This document shows, in pieces, positions 25,601 through 31,525 of a stretch of DNA of 32,232 nt. This DNA is from an uncultured Erysipelotrichaceae bacterium (GTDB lineage: Bacteria; Bacillota_I; Bacilli_A; RF39; UBA660): positions 1 through 32,232 of the forward strand of contig CACXEC010000053.1 of assembly GCA_902766545.1 (NCBI GenBank), read 5' to 3'. Under the pieces are notes generated by a model. That model did not search any database. It saw nothing but the letters and a program-made list of their open reading frames with translations, and had not been told where the DNA came from. Position numbers and translations under genes: made by a program. How positions within the stretch are numbered: position 1 is the first letter of the stretch; each line of letters opens with the position of its first letter.

Positions 25601-25965
25601 ATGTGGAAGAAAAAATAATTCCTAAACTTAATCAAGATAATAATTTAGAATTACCACCAATAGGTTTAAGAAAAGCGCTTGAAATAGCTGATATGTTAGC
25701 TCAGCTAAATCTTTTAATGGGCTTTAAAAAAGAAATTATTATTGTGTTATCTCTAAGATTAGGTATTAATCAGGAAAGAACTTTTACAGTAAAAGAAGTT
25801 TCTGATATATTAGGAATTAGTGAAGAAGAGGTAAATTCTATTACTCATATAGTACTAACAAAATATCAAAAAATATTTAATGTTGTTTTTGATAATATCA
25901 TGCAACTACTTGGAAATAAAAAAGCTTCTAATATATCTACTGATTTATCAAATAATCCTTTCTAA
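22693..25965 (+). CDS. Giant sigma factor 2. Complete SigA-like (group 1/2) sigma-70 core fused to 8 tandem region-4-like repeats and a terminal HTH-like module.
   Basis: 1090 aa. Aa ~96-360 align almost residue by residue with B. subtilis SigA. Shared blocks are [75 protein letters not shown], and region 4 [14 protein letters not shown]...[34 protein letters not shown]. The start overlaps the upstream stop (TAATG). Confidence 0.85.
   Translation: [1090 protein letters not shown]
23878..25638 (+). repeat. In-frame tandem array of 8 coding repeats (~70-86 aa each)
   Basis: Units start at [91 protein letters not shown] and [12 protein letters not shown]. They are the same family as the array in the upstream gene. 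Confidence 0.85.
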
Positions 25966-25983
25966 TTGCTGAAAAATTTATTA

Positions 25984-26012
25984 TTGTAAAAGTTATTAAG
26001 ATGTGATAAATT
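25984..26012 (+). promoter_or_regulatory. Candidate promoter for the downstream structured RNA
   Basis: TTGTAA (25984-25989), 17-nt spacer with TG at 26004-26005, TAAATT (26007-26012). The predicted start near 26019 coincides with the left arm of the inverted repeat. Confidence 0.35.
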
Positions 26013-26017
26013 ATTGT

Positions 26018-26198
26018 TGTAAGAAACTAGATTATGTGCAAATTAGAAGTTATCATATTGCCAATTTTAGATGATACTTATTAAGAAAATTTGCGAAATG
26101 TTTTAAAAATGAAAAAGAGAAGTAAATGTTATTTTACACTTCTAGTTTCTTACACTTATGTTAAATAAATAAAACCATATTTAAAATGGTTTTATTTT
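26018..26198 (+). ncRNA. Candidate ~180-nt structured RNA (unclassified), or alternatively a structured 3' UTR of the sigma gene pair
   Basis: A 14-bp perfect inverted repeat tgtaagaaactaga (26018-26031) / tctagtttcttaca (26141-26154) encloses a 57-nt hairpin at 26038-26094. That hairpin has a 7-bp stem gcaaatt/aatttgc and a 9-bp stem aag(t)tatcat/atgatactt. An A-rich segment follows, then an intrinsic terminator. No convincing ORF. Confidence 0.35.
26171..26198 (+). terminator. Rho-independent terminator
   Basis: 8-bp stem aaaaccat (26171-26178) / atggtttt (26186-26193), 7-nt loop, followed by aTTTT. Confidence 0.65.
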
Positions 26199-26199
26199 G

Positions 26200-26208
26200 T
26201 GGTAAAAT
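26200..26208 (+). promoter_or_regulatory. Extended -10 element upstream of the FtsW-family gene
   Basis: tggtaaaat matches TGnTAAAAT. It lies 19 nt upstream of the ATG at 26227 (SD gtaggtg). Confidence 0.4.
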
Positions 26209-26226
26209 ATTAATAGTAGGTGAAAT

Positions 26227-27381
26227 ATGAAAAGCACATTAAGTAAAATGGACAAAGCGTTATTTGTTTTTATGCTATTATATAGTGTTTTAGGACTTAT
26301 AATGATATTTAGTGCTTCATCTATAACTGCTGTTTTATATAACCGAGTAGAAGAGTCATATTTTTTTAAAAAGCAATTTATTTTCGTAGTTTTAATGTGG
26401 GCGATAGGTCTTGGGTTTATTATTAACTTTCCAACATCTAAATATAAAAAATTAGCACCCCTTGGTATGGTTTTAATTACTGCTGCGCTATTTCTTCTTA
26501 TTCCATATGGAAAAGTTACTAATAGTGCAAGGAGTTGGTATAATTTAGGATTTTTTAATTTTCAGCCTAGTGAATTTGTTAAATCGATTATGATAGTATT
26601 TTTAGCAGTATATTTTGAAAGAATAATTGGCGAAAAAGATTATAAAATATCTAAAATAATGTTCCCATTTATTATAATATTGATCGCCTGTGGTTTAATT
26701 GCTTATCAGCCTGATTTAGGAACAGCTGTAATTGTTGCTGGTATAGCCGGATTAATATTTTTAGTTCTACCAATTAATACATTAACTATGAAAAAAATGA
26801 AAATAGGAGGAATAATAACTGCAATAGTTGTTTTTGCATTTATATTTATTGGTGGGAATACCTTAAATGCTGAACAATCTAGTCGTTTAACTTATAAGTC
26901 ACCATGTACTAGATATACCCAAAAAACTGGATATCAAGTATGTAATGGCTTTATAGCAATTAGTAATGGTGGATTATTTGGAGTTGGATTAGGTAACTCT
27001 ACTCAAAAATACTTATATTTACCGGAAGCTCATACTGACTTTATTTTTCCAATTATTGTAGAAGAATTAGGCGCAATAATAGGTTCAATTATAATTATAG
27101 GATTTGTCTGGTTATTATTTAGGCTTTTAAGTATTGCTAAAACTGCCAGTACCATCAGAGGATCTATAATTGCATATGGGACATTTTGTTATATATTGCT
27201 TCATTTATTAATTAATTTTATGGGAATTCTGGCATTAATACCCTTAACCGGAGTTCCAGTCCCATTTCTATCATATGGTGGTTCATTTTATATAAATCTT
27301 GCATTTCTTTTATTCTTAAATCAAAGAGTAGTAATAGAAAAAAATAGTAATAAAACAAAAGAATTATTAAGGAGTATATAA
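26227..27381 (+). CDS. FtsW/RodA/SpoVE-family peptidoglycan glycosyltransferase (SEDS protein)
   Basis: 384 aa polytopic membrane protein. SEDS hallmarks are present: LGLIMIFSASS, FQPSEFVKS, QPDLGTA, LPEAHTDFIF, PLTGVPVPFLSYGGS. Confidence 0.85.
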   Translation: MKSTLSKMDKALFVFMLLYSVLGLIMIFSASSITAVLYNRVEESYFFKKQFIFVVLMWAIGLGFIINFPTSKYKKLAPLGMVLITAALFLLIPYGKVTNSARSWYNLGFFNFQPSEFVKSIMIVFLAVYFERIIGEKDYKISKIMFPFIIILIACGLIAYQPDLGTAVIVAGIAGLIFLVLPINTLTMKKMKIGGIITAIVVFAFIFIGGNTLNAEQSSRLTYKSPCTRYTQKTGYQVCNGFIAISNGGLFGVGLGNSTQKYLYLPEAHTDFIFPIIVEELGAIIGSIIIIGFVWLLFRLLSIAKTASTIRGSIIAYGTFCYILLHLLINFMGILALIPLTGVPVPFLSYGGSFYINLAFLLFLNQRVVIEKNSNKTKELLRSI

Positions 27382-27983
27382 TGAATAATAAAGGAATGAG
27401 TATAGTTGAAATAATAGTATCTGTTGCCCTTGTATCAATTGTATTAATATTTATGATTAATTTACTAATAACAGTTAAAAGTAGTAGTGATACTTCACAA
27501 AATAAGTCTGATGCTCTAATTAATCGTGCATTAATAGTTAAAGAAATAGAAAAAGATTTTGTGGACTATGAGCTTAGTGGAGTATATAGTTGTAATACTA
27601 ATTCAATAACTGGTGGAGTTAGAGCAATTTTACCAAGTACAGCGAAAAACATTTATTGTCTAAGATTTACATTTAATAATATTACAGACTCAGGCTATTT
27701 AATTCAATATGTTGACAATAATAAAAGTATAATTGGGTACAAAAGAGGTAGCAATCAAATAGTTAGAGAATCAGCTTATCCAATGAATCCATCTGATAAT
27801 AATTCTAGAGGAAGCATTGAATCCTCCTGCTCAAGTAATAGCTATGAGAACTGTGCTATAAAAATAGTAATGCCAATTAAAGATGAAGAAAATAATAACT
27901 ATAGCATTAGACTGACATACATATATAAAAGAAACAATTTCACATATTCAAATATTAATAGTAATGGTTTTGTATCATATTAA
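27381..27983 (+). CDS. Prepilin-type N-terminal domain protein (minor pseudopilin-like)
   Basis: 200 aa. MNNKG|MSIVEIIVSVALVSIVLIFMINLLI has Gly-1, Glu+5 and a hydrophobic helix. The start overlaps the FtsW-family stop (TAATG). The C-terminal domain is unassignable and contains 5 Cys. Confidence 0.7.
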   Translation: MNNKGMSIVEIIVSVALVSIVLIFMINLLITVKSSSDTSQNKSDALINRALIVKEIEKDFVDYELSGVYSCNTNSITGGVRAILPSTAKNIYCLRFTFNNITDSGYLIQYVDNNKSIIGYKRGSNQIVRESAYPMNPSDNNSRGSIESSCSSNSYENCAIKIVMPIKDEENNNYSIRLTYIYKRNNFTYSNINSNGFVSY

Positions 27984-28003
27984 GAGGTTTAGCCTCTTTT
28001 TTT
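27982..28003 (+). terminator. Rho-independent terminator
   Basis: 6-bp stem aagagg (27982-27987) / cctctt (27993-27998), 5-nt loop, T5. Confidence 0.55.
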
Positions 28004-28049
28004 GACATTTTTTTATTATAATAAATTGTATATTTAATATGGTGATAAT

Positions 28050-28958
28050 ATGCAAAAACGATTTAGAACATATCATAAATATAATTATAAAAAGTATAAA
28101 TATCTTATATATATAATGCTTGTTATTATAGGATTTATTTTTACATTAAAAGCATTATTTAAAAACTTTAAAGATAGTGTAAATTATGATAATCTACTAT
28201 CGATAGGTAGTAATAACATCATTAAAGATTATAGTATTTTAAATTTATTAAATATTAGTTTATCTACACCAGATAATATTTTAAGCTTATCGTTTAGTGA
28301 TATTAATAAAAAAAATAATATAAACCATAAAGAAAACATACCAGTGATTAAAGAAACAAAACAAAATGAACCTATAGTGTATATTTATAATACCCATCAA
28401 ACAGAAGAATATGATGCAGGACTTTTAAAAAACTATAATATTACACCAACTGTTTATATGGCAGCTAATATTTTGAAGAAAAAACTAGCTAATTTAAATA
28501 TAACCTCAATCGTAGAAGATGAAAACATTGGTCTTGTCTTAAAAGAACATAATTGGAAATACAAAGATAGTTACTATGCTAGTAGGTTATGGCTTGAAAA
28601 AATTAAAACGACTAGTCCAAGTATCAAATATTATATTGATTTACATCGAGATAGCATCACAAGAAGTACTATAATAAATGATATGTCATACGCTAAATTA
28701 ATGTTTGTAATTGGTATGAATCATGATAATTATAAAGAAAATGAAAAATTAGTTTTAAAATTAAACGACTATCTAAAAGAAAATTATCCCGGTTTAATGC
28801 GAGATATCTTATATGCCAAAAAAAATAAATTTAACCAAGATTTTAATTCTAATACTATCTTAGTTGAAGTAGGAGGCCCCAAAAATAATATTGAAGAAGT
28901 TCAAAATAGTGTAAATGCTTTAGCAGATGCTATATCACATGTTATAAGGAATCGTTAA
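28050..28958 (+). CDS. spoIIP: Stage II sporulation protein P
   Basis: 302 aa with an N-terminal TM anchor. SpoIIP signature IYNTHQTEEY (compare IYHTH..E.Y), IDLHRDS, and the C-terminal LVEVGG. Confidence 0.8.
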   Translation: MQKRFRTYHKYNYKKYKYLIYIMLVIIGFIFTLKALFKNFKDSVNYDNLLSIGSNNIIKDYSILNLLNISLSTPDNILSLSFSDINKKNNINHKENIPVIKETKQNEPIVYIYNTHQTEEYDAGLLKNYNITPTVYMAANILKKKLANLNITSIVEDENIGLVLKEHNWKYKDSYYASRLWLEKIKTTSPSIKYYIDLHRDSITRSTIINDMSYAKLMFVIGMNHDNYKENEKLVLKLNDYLKENYPGLMRDILYAKKNKFNQDFNSNTILVEVGGPKNNIEEVQNSVNALADAISHVIRNR

Positions 28959-29293
28959 TGGAAGAGGTTAAGGTAAAAAAAATAAGTAAAATTAAAATAT
29001 TAATATACTTATTAATTAGTATTTTTGTTTGTCTTTATTTTGCTGGAAAAACAGGTTATTATGAGAATAAAATTCATAAAGATACAGTTCTAACTAAAGA
29101 AGCAATTATAGAGTTTGAAAAAGATGTTGCTGATGGTAAAGCCGTCGATTTAAAAGATTATATTAACCCGAATGATATTGATTTTCAAAATAAATACTCA
29201 ACTTTAGGGTATAATATTAGTAACTCGATTGATAAATTATTAAACGATGGAGTAAACTATTTAGTTGAAATACTAAAAGCTTTATTTACCTAA
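28958..29293 (+). CDS. Small membrane protein (YqxA/DUF3679-like by position and size)
   Basis: 111 aa with one N-terminal TM helix. TAATG-coupled to spoIIP, as yqxA is in Bacillus. The family call rests on synteny and size only. Confidence 0.45.
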   Translation: MEEVKVKKISKIKILIYLLISIFVCLYFAGKTGYYENKIHKDTVLTKEAIIEFEKDVADGKAVDLKDYINPNDIDFQNKYSTLGYNISNSIDKLLNDGVNYLVEILKALFT

Positions 29294-29326
29294 AATTGTG
29301 TGTTAGAATATTTTTAGGTGTCAATT

Positions 29327-30331
29327 ATGAATAAAATGAAATATATTATCCGTTCAATTAAGAAAATGAATATCAAAAACATGATTAAAATCGCTAAAAA
29401 AGTAGCTAAAAAAGCTCATAAATTAACTATATTTATTTTTATTGATATGATATATTGTGGTTTTAAATATGGAGCCGGCTATTATGATTATCAAGAGTTT
29501 GAATTTTATAATTTAAATAAAGATGAAAGAAAGACTTATCTTACTAGAACTAAAAATAATTTAATAATTAAGAAATATAATCAAAAAGAATATTTTCATA
29601 AACTAGATAATAAAGATGAATTTAATAATATATTTAAAAAATATATAAAAAGAGATTATTTAATTATAAATGAAAATTCTTTTGAAAACTTTAAAGAATT
29701 TATTTCTAAACACAATCCAATTATTGTTAAACCTTTAGACGGAGAAGGCGGAAAAGGTGTTGAAAAATATGAAATAGATGAAGAATCTAACACAGAGGCT
29801 TTATTTAATACCTTACTTATTAGAAAACAGCTATTAATTGAAGAATGTATAATTCAACATGATAAAATAAATAGGTTATATGCTGATTCAGTTAATACTT
29901 TAAGACTATTTACCTTTTATGATGGTAAAAACTCATATGTTTTAAATAGTGTATTTAAAATAGGAAATGGTGGAGTAACAGATAACTTTTCAAGTGGAAG
30001 TATGTATACTTTTACTAACGATAAAGGAGTAGTTATTTGTCCAGCAATTGATCAGGATGATAATTATTATGAAAATCATCCAATTACAAATGAAAGAATA
30101 ATAGGATTTGAAGTACCTATGTATAATAAAGCTTGTAATTTAGTAAAAGAAGCCGCTAAAGTAGTTAAAGAAGTTAAATATATCGGCTGGGATGTTGCTA
30201 TAACACCAACTGGTCCAGTTATTATTGAAGGTAATTCTTATCCTGGTGTATTCCAAATGAAACCCTCATTTGCTAAAGAACATGTTGGATTAATACCTAA
30301 ATATCAAAAATATATGGATATTGAACTGTAA
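29327..30331 (+). CDS. ATP-grasp enzyme of the sugar-transfer-associated (TupA-like) family
   Basis: The N-terminal pattern FIDMIYCGFKYGAGYYDYQEFEFYNLNKDERKTYLT is typical of this family. ATP-grasp core motifs: IVKPLDGEGGKGV, NTLRLFT, GWDVAITPTGPVIIEGN. The ATG at 29327 (SD aggtg 6 nt upstream) is preferred over the GTG at 29318. Confidence 0.7.
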   Translation: MNKMKYIIRSIKKMNIKNMIKIAKKVAKKAHKLTIFIFIDMIYCGFKYGAGYYDYQEFEFYNLNKDERKTYLTRTKNNLIIKKYNQKEYFHKLDNKDEFNNIFKKYIKRDYLIINENSFENFKEFISKHNPIIVKPLDGEGGKGVEKYEIDEESNTEALFNTLLIRKQLLIEECIIQHDKINRLYADSVNTLRLFTFYDGKNSYVLNSVFKIGNGGVTDNFSSGSMYTFTNDKGVVICPAIDQDDNYYENHPITNERIIGFEVPMYNKACNLVKEAAKVVKEVKYIGWDVAITPTGPVIIEGNSYPGVFQMKPSFAKEHVGLIPKYQKYMDIEL

Positions 30332-30345
30332 ATTAAAAAAAGTAC

Positions 30346-30374
30346 TTGAATAAAAAGAGAAAATATAATATAAT
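30346..30374 (+). promoter_or_regulatory. Sigma-A promoter of the tRNA gene
   Basis: TTGAAT (30346-30351), 17-nt spacer, TATAAT (30369-30374). It lies 20 nt upstream of the mature tRNA 5' end. Confidence 0.65.
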
Positions 30375-30393
30375 CTTTTTGTTCAGTTAATTT

Positions 30394-30470
30394 GTCCCCG
30401 TAGCTCAGCTGGATAGAGCATACGCCTTCTAAGCGTACGGTCAGGCGTTCGAATCGCCTCGGAGACACCA
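30394..30470 (+). tRNA. tRNA-Arg (anticodon UCU), CCA encoded
   Basis: Hand-folded 77-nt cloverleaf. Acceptor GTCCCCG/CGGAGAC has one C4-A69 mismatch. D stem GCTC/GAGC. Anticodon stem TACGC/GCGTA with loop CTTCTAA. Variable loop CGGTC. T arm AGGCG-TTCGAAT-CGCCT. Discriminator A, then CCA. Confidence 0.9.
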
Positions 30471-30480
30471 CTTATGAAAT

Positions 30481-30507
30481 AAACGACTTTTTAAAAAAGT
30501 CGTTTTT
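30481..30507 (+). terminator. Rho-independent terminator after the tRNA
   Basis: Stem aaacgacttt / aaagtcgttt around a short loop, then TT-G-TTTTT. Confidence 0.75.
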
Positions 30508-30527
30508 GTTTTTGTTATATAAAATAA

Positions 30528-30556
30528 TTGATAAATGCATCTAATTATGTTAATAT
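30528..30556 (+). promoter_or_regulatory. Sigma-A promoter of the T-box leader
   Basis: TTGATA (30528-30533), 17-nt spacer with TG at 30548-30549, TAATAT (30551-30556). Confidence 0.65.
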
Positions 30557-30562
30557 TATTTA

Positions 30563-30752
30563 CGTAAAGCGATTATATAGGACTAGTAATTAAAAAAGTC
30601 TTCATAGAGAGTTAGCGCTCGGTGGAAGCTAATAAGATAAATTTAATGAATCTACCTATTAGTGATGTTAATAACATCCGGCCTAGCCGTTATAATAATT
30701 AAGAAATAAAAGGATGGTACCGTCTATATGACTCCTTACCAGTCCTTTTTTT
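30563..30752 (+). promoter_or_regulatory. T-box riboswitch leader, serine-specific (specifier UCU)
   Basis: Stem I elements: AGAGAG (30606-30611); distal loop GGTGGAA (30621-30627) closed by ttagc/gctaa; S-turn AGTA (30585-30588). The specifier loop reads GAA-TCT-A (30648-30654) above the helix atagg (30577-30581)/cctat (30655-30659). The T-box sequence is AGGATGGTACCGTC (30711-30724). The terminator is aaggatggta (30710-30719)/taccagtcctt (30737-30747) plus a T run ending at 30752. serS lies in the downstream operon. Confidence 0.8.
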
Positions 30753-30770
30753 ATTTTTAAAGGAGTAGTT

Positions 30771-31298
30771 ATGAATCATTTAAGTGAATTACAAATTCAA
30801 AAGTTACTAAAACTATCTGATGAGTATGAAAGGGCTCTATATTTAGTCTCGATTCTTTTTGCAAATAAAAAAGATAAGGCAGGCTTACCATATATTAATC
30901 ATCTAATAAGAGTAAGTATAAATGTTAACGAAAAAAACACAAAAGTAGCAGCTCTATTACATGATACTGTTGAAGATATTGAAAATTTTACTTTTGATGA
31001 TTTAAAAGCACTAGGCTTTAATGAAGAAGTAATATCTTTAGTAAAATGGGTTACTAAAGATAAATATGATAAAGAATATACTCAAGAAGAAAAGAAAGAA
31101 ATATATCATAAAAAAATAACTAGCATAATAGAAAGTGGTAATATAGAAGCAGTTAGATTAAAATATGCTGACATGTCAGATAACTTCGATGAAGAAAGAT
31201 TGTCTAGATTAGATATTGATACCCAAAATAAATTAAAGAATAAATATGCAAATGAAATTATAAGATTAGAAAAATATTTAAAGGAAAATATATTATGA
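30771..31298 (+). CDS. HD-domain protein of the RelA/SpoT-hydrolase type (small alarmone hydrolase-like)
   Basis: 175 aa. INHLIRVS...ALLHDTVEDI matches the H...HD...ED motif arrangement of (p)ppGpp hydrolase domains. There is no synthetase domain. Confidence 0.65.
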   Translation: MNHLSELQIQKLLKLSDEYERALYLVSILFANKKDKAGLPYINHLIRVSINVNEKNTKVAALLHDTVEDIENFTFDDLKALGFNEEVISLVKWVTKDKYDKEYTQEEKKEIYHKKITSIIESGNIEAVRLKYADMSDNFDEERLSRLDIDTQNKLKNKYANEIIRLEKYLKENIL

Positions 31299-31525
31299 GA
31301 AAAGTTAAAGTAAATACAATCTATAAACATTATAAAGGTGATTTATATTTAGTCGAAGATATTATATATCATAGTGAAACTGGAGAAAAAATGGTAGCCT
31401 ATAGGGCATTATATGGTGATAATAAACTATGGTGTAGACCATATGATATGTTTTTAGATGAAGTAAATAAAAATGGACAAAAATATCGATTTAAAGAAGT
31501 AAAAATAGAAAGTAGGAATAAATAA
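31295..31525 (+). CDS. DUF1653 family protein
   Basis: 76 aa. YKHYKGDLYLVEDIIYHSETGEKMVAYRALYGDNKLWCRPYDMF is the characteristic DUF1653 pattern. ATGA overlap with the upstream gene. Confidence 0.75.
   Translation: MRKVKVNTIYKHYKGDLYLVEDIIYHSETGEKMVAYRALYGDNKLWCRPYDMFLDEVNKNGQKYRFKEVKIESRNK

Noticed and set aside
18500-25638. Periodic ~215-nt repeats as a CRISPR array or non-coding satellite
   Set aside because: The units are far longer than CRISPR repeats and have no spacer structure. They are in one continuous reading frame with protein-level conservation much higher than DNA-level conservation.
26018-26154. The inverted-repeat element as a MITE or transposon remnant
   Set aside because: There is no clear target-site duplication (flanks ttattgt versus cttatgt are only similar), no transposase is nearby, and only one copy is in the window. 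This cannot be excluded without a genome-wide search.
26109-26168. 19-codon mini-ORF MKKRSKCYFTLLVSYTYVK inside the candidate RNA
   Set aside because: There is no SD (upstream is ttttaaaa), and it overlaps the right arm of the inverted repeat. It is most likely fortuitous.
28002-28034. TTGACA at 28002-28007 as the spoIIP promoter
   Set aside because: The nearest -10-like hexamers are 9 or 21 nt away. In Bacillus, spoIIP is transcribed by sporulation sigmas, so a sigma-A promoter is not expected.
31106-31330. ORF 31106..31330(-)
   Set aside because: It is antisense to the HD-domain gene and the DUF1653 start, and its translation is low-complexity.
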